Assembly (NCBI GenBank): GCA_964016885.1
Contig: CAXHJY010001549.1
Coordinates: 62,001 to 126,000, forward strand
DNA length: 64,000 bases
Direction: 5' to 3'
Origin: Eledone cirrhosa
Taxonomy: Eukaryota
How positions within the stretch are numbered: the first letter of the stretch is position 1; each line of letters starts with the position of its first letter. Position numbers and translations under genes: made by a program. The notes under the pieces were generated by a model, which saw nothing but the letters and a program-made list of their open reading frames with translations, was not told the origin of the DNA and searched no databases. Shown here piece by piece: positions 1 to 14,000 of this stretch.

Positions 1-330
1 TTGGTTTACAATACGAGTAGTTAAGGTGTGACCCACTGACCAAGCTGCTTTCAGCATCTCAGCAACTATCCTTGATGGACCGGTTGCGTTCCCAGTCTTC
101 ATATCCTTAATTGCCTTACTTACTACACTGCTGCTGACTTGTACAGATGGGCCCTCTGTTGGGTCCACTTGGAGTGGGCTCTCTTTCTCCCATGCATTCT
201 CCTCATTCAGTAATCTTTCATAATGGCTCTTCCATGGTACTTTCTTTTCGGTGTCTGTGAGGGCAAGTGCGCCTCCATCATCCCGGACACACTTCTCGAC
301 AATGACATCACAATTTTCTCAAACACACTG
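1..330 (-). mobile_element. RTE-clade LINE ORF2 fragment (upstream of RT core)
   Basis: Minus translation CVRDDGGALALTDTEKKVPWKSHYERLLNEENAWE...VSKAIKDMKTGNATGPSRIVAEMLK matches the LINE W..H...LLN and AIK.MK.GKA.GP....AEMLK motifs. Confidence 0.85.
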
Positions 331-482
331 CCTAGCAGTCCTGAATACCTCCCGGTAGGGAAGGCTTTTGTGTTTCCAACTGTCACTATTTCGTCCTTTG
401 GTGAGGATAAAATCTATCTGACTAGCATGCTCACCAGACCTATAGGTGATCGGGTGGTTGTCGGATATATATATATATACAT

Positions 483-826
483 GGAGGCACATGGCTTAGT
501 GGTTAGAGCATTGGGCTTGCAATCGAAAGGTTGTGAGTTTAATCCTCAGACCGGGTGATGTGTTGTTTCCTTGAGCAAGACACTTTATTTCACGTTGCTC
601 CAGTTTACTCAGCTGTAGAAATGAGATGATAGGACTGGGGTCCCTATCATTCCACTGCAAAGTGGTCGTGGAGGTGCCACGGCAAAAAAGCACCCAGCAC
701 TCACTGTAAATTAGGTTGGTATTAGGAAGGGCATCGAGCTGTAGAAATCAAGCCAGAATCAGTTCCCGTCCCACCCTTGCAAGCAGGGAAAAGCGGACGT
801 AAAATGAAATGAAATGATGAATGATG
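483..826 (+). mobile_element. tRNA-derived CORE-like SINE
   Basis: A box TGGCTTAGTGG, B-box-like GAGTTTAATC, CORE-like TTCCTTGAGCAAGACACTT, (ATGAA/ATG)n tail; near-identical copies at 1066-1400 and 55611-56010. Confidence 0.88.
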
Positions 827-1065
827 ATACAAACAATGAATCAAAACATTGAATATGTTAGAATTTTGTGCTTCTCAATAAGCAAGCTCAATAGACTTTA
901 TCTAGAGCCCTAATAAGGTTTCTCTTATGATTCCACCTGTGTACATATTCTTCTATCAAATATGTATTTGGTATATATACAATATACTGTGTTTCTTATA
1001 CAATATATGGGTTTTTCTCTATATATACATATATCTTTTTCATTTGGTTTATCATTTTTTTTCAT

Positions 1066-1400
1066 TTTCATCATTTCATTTTACGTCCGCTTTTTCCCTG
1101 CTTGCAAGGGTGGGACGGGAACTGATTCTGGCTTGATTTCTACAGCTGGATGCCCTTTCTAACACCAACCTCATTTACAGTGAGTGCTGGGTGCTTTTTT
1201 GCCGTGGCATCTCCACGACCACTTTGCAGTGGAATGATATGGACCCCAGTCTCTATCATCTCATTTCTACAGCTGAGTAAACTGGAGCAATGTGAAATAC
1301 AGTGTCTTGCTCAAGGAAACAACATCACCCGGTCTGAGAATTGAACTCACAACCTTTCGATTGCAAGGCCAATGCTCTAACCACTAAGCCATGTGCCTCC
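1066..1400 (-). mobile_element. tRNA-derived CORE-like SINE, inverted relative to 483-826
   Basis: Reverse complement of 483-826 over its full length. Confidence 0.88.
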
Positions 1401-1455
1401 ATATATATATATATAATCATCATCATCATCATTAACATATATATATGTATGTATA

Positions 1456-2025
1456 CTAGAACACCCGTGACCCGTTGGGACACGTTCACTTCAAAATATT
1501 TTTTTTAAATCATGTTCACTTAAAAATAATCATTAAATAATTAGAATATACACAAACATGTATATAATGTGAAATGAAACTGGAAGGCCCATATATATAT
1601 ATATATACGTGTGTGTATGTATATATATAAATGTGTGTGTGTGTGTATACATATATATTTATATATGTGGGTGTCCCTGATCTATATACACTGGTCAGAC
1701 ACATACACACATAAATATATATATATATACACAACACCAGCTCTCTCTCTCTCTTCCATTCTCCGTTTCCTCTCCCTCTCTATGTCCTTCTTTCAATTTA
1801 TTCCCTCACAACCACTATCTCTTTCTCTCTCTCTCTGTTTATGAAAGTACCCAGAAAAACCCCATATCTCAGGAACCCATGGTCCGATTTTCGCGAAACT
1901 TGTTTTATTCCATTTGTATCCCCGTTTCAGGGTCAATTTCCTTTCAAAGTATTTTCCCATTATGCGCCCTTTTGGCTGTATTACATTACAGAGAAGCAAG
2001 GAAGCAATCTCAGTTTTAGTAGTAT
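1456..2025 (-). mobile_element. Non-autonomous Helitron-like element
   Basis: Minus-strand 3' end: hairpin CGTGTCCC-AAC-GGGTCACG followed by GGTGTTCTAG|T; 5' end degenerate TATACTACTAAAA; internal microsatellites. Confidence 0.6.
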
Positions 2026-2056
2026 ATATATATATATATGAAGAAAGGAAATTTAC

Positions 2057-2086
2057 CTATTTTCAAGAGAGGATTAGAATATATTT
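2057..2086 (-). CDS. 30-nt symmetric micro-exon (EIYSNPLLKI)
   Basis: Long poly-T tract plus CAG acceptor, G|GTAAAT donor, phase 1 to 1, open in the expected frame. Confidence 0.6.
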
Positions 2087-5000
2087 CTGAAAAAAAAAAA
2101 GAAAAAAAAAACAATTGGTGATTTTAAATTAATAAACAAACCAAAACAGAAAAAAAAAACCTGAAACATAAATTATTTGTCTTGATGAAGTTTTCTCTTG
2201 GAAGAAATAAAATTGAATGATTTATGCAAATAAAAATATTTTTAGAAGTTTAGATAATTTGTAGGTGTAGTCTATTGGTTAGAATATAAGGTTTGATTCC
2301 TAAATAGGGCAGTGTATTGTAATCATGAGCAAAATACTTTAATATGTGATGTTTATTCTGCCAGGAAGTGTGACCAACAGGCAGTATCAACAATGGAAAG
2401 ACCAATAGAATCATTGTTTCCTTAGTCAGATCTAATTATCTCAGCTTGAAAGTAGTAGTTACAAAGACATGATGTAATTCACAAATCAGATCTCAGTAAC
2501 TTCTTTACACTGTACTCTTAGAATATTTTATAATTGTCGTATGTTAATTACTAGCTTTTATGAGTCCAGGGTCTTGGGGACAGTGTAGGGAGGAGAACCT
2601 TAGGGGGAATATTACACCAGTTTCACTTGGGGGGAATATTACACCAGTTTCACTTGGGGGTGAATATTACACCAGTTTCACTTGGGGGTGAATATTACAC
2701 CAGTTTCACTTGGAGGGAATACTACACCAGTTTCACTTGGGGGTGAATATTACACCAGTTTCACTTGGGGGGGAATATTACACCAGTTTCACTTGGAGGG
2801 AATACTACACCAGTTTCACTTGGGGGTGAATATTACACCAGTTTCACTTGGGGGGGAATATTACACCAGTTTCACTTTAGGGGTGAATATTACACTAGTT
2901 TCACTTGGGGGTGAATATTACACCAGTTTCACTTTGGGGGTGAATATTACACCAGTTTCACTTGGGGGGAATATTACACCAGTCTCACTTGGGGGTGAAT
3001 ATTACACCAGTTTCACTTTAGGGGTGAATATTACACTAGTTTCACTTTAGGGGTGAATATTACATTAGTTTCACTTTGGGGGTGAATATTACATTAGTTT
3101 CACTTTGGGGGTGAATATTACACCAGTTTCACTTGGGGGGGAATATTACACCAGTTTCACTTGGAGGGAATACTACACCAGTTTCACTTGGGGGTGAATA
3201 TTACACCAGTTTCACTTGGGGGGGAATATTACACCAGTTTCACTTTAGGGGTGAATATTACACTAGTTTCACTTGGGGGTGAATATTACACCAGTTTCAC
3301 TTTGGGGGTGAATATTACACCAGTTTCACTTGGGGGGAATATTACACCAGTCTCACTTGGGGGTGAATATTACACCAGTTTCACTTTAGGGGTGAATATT
3401 ACACTAGTTTCACTTTAGGGGTGAATATTACATTAGTTTCACTTTGGGGGTGAATATTACATTAGTTTCACTTTGGGGGTGAATATTACACCAGTTTCAC
3501 TTGGGGGGAATATTACACTGGTTTCACTTTAGGGGTGAATATTACATTAGTTTCACTTTGGGGGTGAATATTACATTAGTTTCACTTTGGGGGTGAATAT
3601 TACATTAGTTTCACTTTAGGGGTGAGTATTACACCAGTTTCACTTAGGGGTGAATATTACACTGGTTTCACTTTAGGGGTGAATATTACACTGGTTTCAC
3701 TTTAGGGGTGAGTATTACACTGGTTTCACTTTAGGGGTGAATATTACACTGGTTTCACTTTAGGGGTGAGTATTACACCTGGTTCACTTTAGGGGTGAAT
3801 ATTACACCAGTTTCACTTTAGGGGTGAATATTACACCAGTTTCACTTTAGGGGTGAATATTACACCAGTTTCACTTGGGGGTGAATATTACACTGGTTTC
3901 ACTTTAGGGGTGAGTATTACACCAGTTTCACTTGGGGGTGAGTATTACACCTGGTTCACTTTCAATGTGAAATTTATGTATTCTGTTGTTCTTATGTTTT
4001 GAATGAATATGGCCTTGAAAACAGTGAGAAATTGGTAAAAAATCATTACATAATGGAGTTGTGAAACAAAAACTGTATTCACCTAGATATTTGACATTTT
4101 GTATGTTTGAGCATGAAAATGTGTGTTCATATATGAATCAATGTACTGAATGTATGTATATAGACAAATAATTGTTTCTACTTTAGGCACAAGGCCAGCA
4201 ATTACCCAGTGCATTAGACAAATGTATATAGACAAATAATGATGAATGAAAAAATAATGTTGTCTCTGATCGAGACGAAGCGAGAGTGTATTTGAATACA
4301 CATAAAAATGTGAAAACTCATTGCTAGAACAGCCATTAAAACAGCTAAATGCTGTCAAAGACAGCAATGAGCAGTCACCCACCTTGTGGACTGTCTCTCT
4401 GTTGTTCACTGGCCACTGGTTTCTGTCCTCTGAAGCAGTTTTGCACATCATTGTCTTCGACAACATTTAGATGTTTTAATGGCTGTTCTAATGATGAGTT
4501 TTCTCATTTTTATGTGTATACTAATAATGATGTTTAAGATTTGAGATACACAGCATGAGACAAATTCAGATAATTCATATACCTTTGGACTTTAGACAAA
4601 AATCCATTTTCAAGGGTTTACAAACATTGTTTTCTTTACATTTATATTCTAAGTGATTCTTGATGGTGTGATTCTTGATGATACTTATCTGAAATGATAT
4701 ATTTGAAATATTGTTAACTATGGCTACACTTGACATTGCTGCTTATGAATTGTTATAATCATTAAAAGGTCAGACAAAATGCTTTACAAATTTACTTATA
4801 ATCTTCTCATTTTCAGTTGAAATCCCAATGAGGTCAGTTTTGTTTTTATCTCTCAGGAGTTAATAAAATAAAATAGGAAACATAATAATATCCTTGATGA
4901 TGTCACAGGTATGTGACGAAACTCTGAGAGACTATATATATTTATATCTATATTTTTAACTGTTGGTCAATCAATGATAAACATTGATTGCCAGCTAAAT

Positions 5001-8000
5001 TAACTATGGAGATATAAAATATACTGACAACCCAAACCAAACAGTGAGTGTGTTTTATTATATATTTCTGGCAATATTATAATAACATGATCCTCCCCAA
5101 ATATAACAATATGAGATGGATTAATATTCATAAAATACTTCCTAAATGTGAATGGAAGTATAATACAAGGCTAAGAATAAGTTCCAAAATAACTCTGATT
5201 AGGCATGGATATGACATTGGAGTGGCAAATAGAATATGTAGTTAAATTGTTAAATAATTAACATGAGAATATAAGTCAGCATTATTGAAATAGAGTGGCA
5301 GTACTGGGAGAGCATCGGACATCATGCTTTGTGGCATTGAATTACGGCCCTTTACATTCTGAGTTCAAATGCCGCTAAGGTTAGCTTTGCCTTTCATCCT
5401 TTAGAGGTCAATAAAATAAAGTACCAGTAAACCACTGGGGTAATTGCTAGCCTTGTGCCAAAAGTAGAAACAATTATTGAAATAGAATGTATTCCATTAG
5501 CAATATGGGCATGGAAGGGTTAAGGTACAAACCTGGCCAAAATTGTCTCTAGTTCTATGAAAAAGAAAATGTCCCTTGTTTTAGAGTTTATATCTAGATT
5601 AAAAGATCCAACATAATTTTATATAAAAAATCATGTTAATTTACTTATCTTAGTAATGATATAATTAATTAATTTAATAAACTCATCAAAATGTTTCATT
5701 AATTAATTGAAATAGAATATTTCAATAGAAATATGACCACAATAAAAGGATTAAGGGACATTTGATAAGAAGCCAACTAAGGGCTTTGAACCTATCATTT
5801 TGAAGCATCAAATTAAACAGTGTAAAGCATATAGTCTACCAATCTATAAGTTTTAGAAATTTCAAAATATGTTAAGAAGATTTTTACTTCATCAATTTTC
5901 AGAGATTGATTAAAAAAGTGGAGTTTTATGTTTGTGATTTCATCATCTTCATATGTCTTCAGATTGAAGTATTTGATGTAACTATCTCCATACAAAGATA
6001 TTTGCTTCCATGTTAGATTTCTGGAGAATGAAGATAAATTGTCTTGCACTATTTCAGTATAGAATTTGATTTCACGTTCCATAGAGGAAATAACTTTCAG
6101 TAGCCAAGTTTTACCTAAAATAAAAGTAAAAAATGACTTTATACATATATAAACATACACACATTAAAATTTAATCATACACTCACACATATACTCAAAC
6201 ACTGCCAGATCCTTTACACACACACAAAATAAACTTCAATACATATATACAGTACACAGATTCAAACTTACATTCACTCACACATAAAAATTCACAACTA
6301 CTCACCACACGGATATATGCATAAACACACACAAACTTTGATACTTTACACAAACTTTTAAATAAACGCACACATTGAAATATATTTGGTTTCATGTGAT
6401 TATATTATGTGACTTTGTTAGCTATAGTAATTAATTTAAAAGGTTTATAGTTTGGTATGTGAGCATAACTTAATAATGTATGTATTGTAATATCCACTAA
6501 GAAGCTGAAGATTTTCATTTTATCATCATCGGCTTACCAAACTACCCCTGATTCTACAATATATAATTATATATTATAAAATATTTATATTTATTAAAAT
6601 TATAAAAATCCTCCCTCACAATTTTATGTTAGTTCCAAACAACAGCTTAACATATTTTGATAGAATGTACCAAGCTCTTTATGCCAAGTAAGATAATATA
6701 GGCAGCAAATGGACAGAGTCATTAGAACATCAGATAAAATAATTCATGCTATTCTTTCTATCTACAATTGAAGTTCAAATCCTACTGAGGTCAACTTTAC
6801 CTTTCATCCTTTTGAGGATGATAAATGAAGTACTAGTCTGTTATTGTGGCCAATACTTACACCCACCTACTATCTATCTATCAATCAATCTATCTATCTC
6901 CCCGCCCCCTCTCTCTCAATTGTTTCCTCGTTCTTTTATAGAAATTGGCTGTGATCAAAATTGGAAAGGAATAGGCTCTGACAAGTATATCACAACACCC
7001 CTACAACTCATTTTGGTTTAACCCTTTAGCATTTAAACCACCCGTATCTGCCCAGAATTCTCTCACCTCTATCTGTTCAAACTGGCTGTAACCAGCTACT
7101 CATACTTATGTTAAGGCATCGTTCTCAAAATAAATAATATAAAATCTTGTAGATTCAATATTATATGAGATAAAGTGTTTACTGTGAAAATACAATAGTA
7201 TATAGCAGAGAATTAGTGTGTAGTATGAATGTAACAAGGAGACATGGTTTGTGTGTATAATATTTAATCAACAATTTAACAGTATAGTTGACATGTCAAT
7301 GAAATAGATGAAAGAATGAAGCAAAGTTTGTAGTTACCGTTTTGATTGCCAGGCAAACGCAGGCTGGCAGAAGACGCCTGGCGAAGGCCAGGCGCAGGAA
7401 GGGAAAATGAGAGGGTGAGAACTTAAAGTTGTTAGTTTTATAGGGTTCTGACCGGAAGTTACAGAAAGGGTTCTACTTCCCGTCTAGATGTTGTTAATCT
7501 ACAAGGGAGGCAACTGCTACAAGTATATATAGAGTAATGCAAATACTAAAGGATAAATAGTTCAATGAAATCTTACCTTTTAGTACTTTACATGAATATT
7601 TATGATGTTCCATTCGTTGTATATTAACACAACCATAGTCTACTCCAGTCAGTTCTTTTGTTATAACAATCTGAAAAATGGAAAAAATAATATTAAATTC
7701 ATTAACTTTACTCTATACAGGCTTTGGCAGAGAAATTGAGACACTTTTTATGATGCATAAAACTGGTTATAAATACTAAAATAATGGTAGTAGACAGATT
7801 TAATATAACATTTATTACAACAAAAACATTTATCATTGAATATGGCTGCCCTTTTGGGCAATTATTGCCTCCACATGAGAACAAAATTTTTTTGCAGCTG
7901 CTGCAACCTCCACTTTTTTTATTTTGCATGTCGCAAGCTTGGTGCAGTCAAACTGTTGACACTCAAATGTGGTGAAGCATTGGTCCTTGCTTGAAGTACG

Positions 8001-11000
8001 CCCCATAAAAAGTAATCGAGAAGGTTGAGATCCGGGCTATTACTGGGCCAGATGTTGACCCTCACAAAAAATGGCACCTTCTCACCAAGGAAGTGTTGTT
8101 TTTGGCCCATGGTATGGTGCAGAATCCTGGATAAGCATCACATTGTCAAGCCCAAACTTCTGCTCCATCCAAGGTAACAGAAAGTTCTTCAGAATGTCCA
8201 AATCTTCAAGCCAGACTCAAAGAAGTGTGGATCCATAACACTTCCATCACTCGCTCCAAATACCATCAGAGAGGTAGGATTCTTAGTCTCAAACACAGGG
8301 GGGACATCAGAAGGGTTGTATGCAATCACTCGAGAATTTCTGCGATTCACCTCAGCATCCACAATGAACTTCTTCTCGTCCACAAACACAAGAGTTTTTC
8401 CTGCACTTTGATGCTTGATGAATGACAGAAGATTTGGGCATTTCTCGGCTCTGATTACTTTGGCCTTGGCTGTTAAGAGGTGATGGCTAGTCATGCCAAG
8501 CTTCCTGTTCACAGCTCTGAACATCATGGAAAGGGACACATTGCATTTCTTTGCATGAGTTGTCATGGATGTGGATGGGTTGGCTTCAATTGAGCATTTG
8601 AGGATTTAATAATATAATTAATTCCAAACCCATGCAAGCGTGGAACACGGACGTTAAACGATGATGATGAATTAAGCTGCTATTTACAATATAATCATTA
8701 CTATATTTTTAATGAAAGACACTTCCTATGACTTTCAAATTAGTTTTTTTTTCTAATAATCATGAATTCAGAGGGATTTAATAATAAAATTAAATATTTC
8801 ATTATTTAGCTGCTATTTAGAATATAACATAACATATGTTTTAACATAAAATTATAATAGAAAGTTTTAAAATATATATAACCCTTTAGCATTTACATTA
8901 CTCTTTATATACTATTTTATTTTCACAGTAAAGGCTTCTTTATCTCACATAATTATTTCACATAGTATCGAATCTATGAGATTTTCATATTATTTATTTT
9001 GAGAACAATACCTTAACATCAGTATTAGGGGTCAGTTACAGCCAGTTTGAACAGAAAGAGGTGAGAGAAATCTGGCTGGATACAGCCGGTTTAAATGCTA
9101 AAAGGTTAAACACTCTAAAAGAAACAGCTTAGTATTATAGAACCAGAAGTAGTTTCAGGCAGTTTGATTTCAACAATTATCAAATATAAAATCGAACAAA
9201 TAACATATTCAAGAATCTCAATCACTCACTTTCAAGATATCAAAATTTATCTTCTCGTTTTTAAAGTATATTTCAAGCTCATTAATGGTTTTATTGCCAA
9301 TATCAATATAAGTAAAGAAAACAGGTTGATAAGCTAATTTTTGCAGTTTTAGTTCTTCTGAACAATTTCTTCCATTGATAGTCACTCCAACAATTATTTC
9401 ATTTTCATGTATATTTGCAGTTATGTTTAAATGAGAGAATAGTTCTATCCTCCATGCAGTCTCTAGAGAAGTAAAAATAACAAAGAAAAAAAAAACAATG
9501 AAATGCAGCTTGGTATAGTAGTTGTGAGAAAACAAAAACAGTAAAGGGAACTTAATTCCTGGTGGATTTATAGAGGTACTCTTCTGACATGTGTGACATG
9601 TCTCGGGCATTTTAAATCTGGCGAAACCCATCCCTTTCTGGGTCAGAATATTGTTCATTTCTTCCACAGAGAGAGGAAGAGCCAAGTTCAATACTCGACT
9701 GGTACTTATTTATCAACCACGGAAGGATGAAAGGTAAAGCTGACCTGGGCAGGATTTGAACACAGTGTTATGACAAGTAGCTAGGTATTTTAATCCACCA
9801 ACTCTGCCAATTCACTGCCAAAGTAGTCATCATACATTAAAATAATTATTTCTACTTTTGGCACAAGGCCAGCAATTACCCAGTGCATTACTGCTACTTT
9901 ATTTTATCAACCCCGTAAGGATGAAAGGCAACATTAACCTCAGCAGGATTTTAACTCAAAACGTAAAGGGCCATAACTTTGTTGCAAAGCATGGTGTCTG
10001 CCACTCAAATGTGGTTTGAAAACAAAACGTAAATTAATAGAATTTTTGAGATGAGAGTGATTGATAAATAGGCAATGATTGATTTTATTAATATCAAGGA
10101 ACAAATAAATGGCTGTTGTAACATTTATGACTTCTTTTTCCATTTTTAATGTTGTATTTTTTACCACATAGTCAGGGAAGGAAAGGCTATACCTATGACT
10201 ATATTTTTTCAGGATCTCTAAGATTTGAGAGAGGAAGGAAGAAAGTTATGTTCACATCAAAGATCTGACCTAAATGGAAGGAATCCCACCTAAAGCACCA
10301 AAACTCTAAGAGGTTTTGTTAAACCAGGCAATAGATTAACCCTTTAGCATTTAAACCGGCTGTATATTTAATAATACAAAAATCTCAGATTCAATATTAT
10401 GTGAGATAATTATGTGAAGTAAAGCTTTTACCGGAAAAATACAATAGTAAATATAGAGTAATGTAAATGCTAAAGGGTTAAACTAGTTACATGGAAATTC
10501 AGAATGCAAAAAGCTGGAACAAATGTGGCTCCCTTCACAAGCTTCTCTATATTGCCCTACTATCTGCAGGCTCCTTCAACAACTCCCTGACTTTCATATC
10601 TTATTCCAACTTCATTAGCCATGTCTTTCTTAGTCAAACCTTCCTCAACTTGCTTCTACATTAATTCCCATCACACCTCTCAGACATTTTCATCCTTTCT
10701 CAATATATGACTCAACAATCTTATTAACACTAGATCATCTGCATATATTAACTTCCAAGGTAAACCTTCCTTTATGATTCAGCTCAGTAATTCATCACAA
10801 ATATGAATAGTATTTAGCTTAATACCAACCTTTGATGCATTCTAGCCTTCATTTCAAAACTGTTATCAACTTACCATTTCTCAATGAGCATTCAAGAATT
10901 GAATTGTGACTTGTTTGATGATGAATGTAATTACAGAAATATGTTTTAGAAGTATTGTGATTCTTCAACTTGACCTAGAGTGAAATATAAAAAAAAATAT

Positions 11001-14000
11001 ATATCTCCAGTTATTCCATTTTGCTTTTGATACAATAGTTAACCCTTTAACATTTATACCGGCTGTATCCGGCCAGAATTCTCTCACCTCTTTCTGTTCA
11101 AACCGGCCATAACTGGCCACTCATACTGATGTTGAGTTATTGTTCTCAAAATGAATAATATCAAAATCTCATACATTCAATATTATGTGAGATAAAGCTC
11201 TTACAAGGAAAATTCAATAGTGAATATAGAGTATTGCTAGAGGGTTAAGCAAATGAGAAATATTTCAACTTATATATTCAGTAATGTTGTCTCTATTACA
11301 AATGAATGTTTTTTTCAAATATTGATAGCATTATGAATTATCAGACATTAACACTTTTGCAGCTGTTGAGTTGTTCAGATTCTGTTACCTAAATACTTCA
11401 AACAGTACAAAGGAATTATGGTTTTAGTGCATAGAAAAAATTTTTAAATTAAAAAAAAAACTTGGGCATACGATCTTTGTATATGTCACTTATAATCACT
11501 TCTTCTCCTTCCCCCCACTTATTCCTGAGAGGGTTGTTGGAGCAGAGTCCTCAAACAGTCTCTCCAGTGGGTCCTGTCAGAAGCAACCATCCCCAACTGA
11601 TCTGGCCGGATCCTCAAGTGTGATCAGCCAAGCTCATGGATGCTATCCAACCATCTTGCTTGGAGTCTACGCCTAGGCGTCTTGCCAGTTGGTTTTGCCT
11701 GTAAAATCTGCCCAGTGGTTCTTTCCTGAGACATTCTAACCACATGCCCATAGTATTGGAGGTGTGATCTCTCAATTCGGAGAAGTAGTGACTCTACCTG
11801 GAGTAGCTCTCAGTGAAAACGATCACAAAATGTGCTGCTGGAAATCAAACATCACCTTTCTATCATGAGTCAAACACCCTAACCACTAAGTAGTGTGTCT
11901 TCACTTTGTATAGCTACATATGAACACACAATCAGATATCTAATATAATCATGGTGAGTTTTATCATGTACTGACATGAGAGAAGTTGTCATAAGACAAT
12001 TAACTATCCGCAAGAGTGAATAAATTGACCATGGGAACCCTGGCTAGTCCAGTCATGATTATATTAGATATCTGATTGTGTCTTCACTTTGTATAGCTAC
12101 ATATGAACACACAATCAGATATCCATCACACACTTTATCTGCTACTGACTATAACCCTTTCTTTTACGGTGGGGGAAAAAAAAAGATTTACTCACAATTT
12201 TGTCGAGCAAAAATGTTCCATTTGTTAAAAATATTTTTGGATATTGATTCATTTCCGAAGGAAGGAAGAAAAATGCCTCTGTTCTTTGTGAAAATTTTTC
12301 AAACACAATATTTTGTTCTTGAGAAGAGTTAATGTTTAAAGGATACTCATAATTGTCAATTATCTTACTATGTATTACTATAATATTCCATTTTGCCCCT
12401 AGGAAATAATAGAAAACATTTAAATTAATAACAACATTTTTAAATCATGGTCAAGAAAATAATATTATTATTTTAGGAAGGGTGATTTAAAATGAAATTA
12501 TTAGAATTTTTTGTGTACATCATTCAGTACATGAAGCCTTAAATTAATTATTGAAAATCTTAACTCTTTAGCATTTAAACCAGCCAGAATTCTCTCACCT
12601 CTTTCTGTTCAAACCGGCCATAACTGGCTGCTCATACTAACATTAAGGTATTGTTCTCAAAATAAATAACATCAAAATCTCATAGATTCAATATTATATG
12701 AGATATTTATATAAGATAAAGACTTTACCACAAAAATACAATAGTAAATATAGAGTAATGTAAATGCTAAAGGGTTAAACTTGGAATAACTTTCCAACTT
12801 TAACCTTTTTTAGACAATAATACTTTCATATCCATTTTACCATCCAACTTACGTTAGCATGAAAAAAAAGGATATTAAATGATGATGATGATGATTTTCA
12901 AATTCTAGCATTCTTTTATTTTTATCACTAAATCAAGAGAAATAACCATTTTCAGGGCCTCCAAGGCTGGGTGGGGATGGGGGCAGGAAGTTATCCTTTA
13001 ACCAGGCTTTGAAAGTAGTCATGGGCATTGCCCTTTCTCCTGACTGAATGAGAAAAATAATAAAACATTGTTAATATTTCAAAATCATCCTTATCATTAC
13101 CAGCACCATAATCTCTACTGGAGATATGATTTCTACAGCTCTGTCTTTCTTAGACAACATACATTTGCTGACTACACATCTGTGGAGTGAATCCGTAAAA
13201 CCTAAAGGATCTGACTTTCCTAGGTATTAACCCTTCTGATACCAAATCACCTGAAATTGCCCCCAGATTTACAATATACAACTGTTCATTTTACAGTGTT
13301 TATATTTATGCAGAGACCTTCCATCATAGTTTTATGTAAGAACCTTTGTTAAAGTATGGTCCAATAAGAAAGTTGGTTCTATTACTAAAGCTGTCTAAAT
13401 TCTAGATTATTTTCAAAATAATTTGAACATTATATTGCAGTGTCATTCATTAAAGATATGGTAATGAAAGAATAAAATAGTCATAAGATTTCAATTCATA
13501 ACATTGATGTTTGTAGATGAAGGGGTGGTGGATTGGCAGAATCAGTAGGTTGTTAGGCAACAAGCGTGGCGGTATAGAGTTACGGCCCTTTACGTCCCAT
13601 GTTCAAATCTTGACACGGTTAGCTTTGTCTTTCATCCTTACAGGGTTGGTAAAATAAAGTAACAGTAATGCACTGGGGTCAATTTAATCGACTGTCCCCT
13701 CTTCTCCAAATTGCTAGCCTTGTGCCGAAAGTAGATGCAATTATTTACATGCAAAAGGGTGGTGGATTGACAGTTATCAGTAGAGCGTCAGACAACAAGC
13801 TTAGCGACATAGAGTTATGGCCCTTGGCGTCCTGTGTTCAAATCTTGCCGAGATTAGCTTTGTCTTCCATCCTTACGGGGGTCGATAAAATAAAGTACCA
13901 GTAATTCACTGGGGTTGATTTAATTGACATTCCCTTTCCTCCAAAATTGTTGGCATTGTGCCTAAATCAGAAACCATTATTATTATAACATTTTATTATT

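Noticed and set aside
483-555. tRNA gene (also at 55611 and 63210)
   Set aside because: tRNA-like head continues into a CORE-like SINE body and tail; multicopy
2602-3962. CRISPR-like array (28-bp partly palindromic repeat)
   Set aside because: No unique spacers, no cas genes, eukaryotic context
3950-4082. Possible extra phase-1 exon (GEYSFCFTTPLCNDFLP...)
   Set aside because: Acceptor lacks a pyrimidine tract, there is no good donor, and it runs into the minisatellite; cannot be excluded without RNA data
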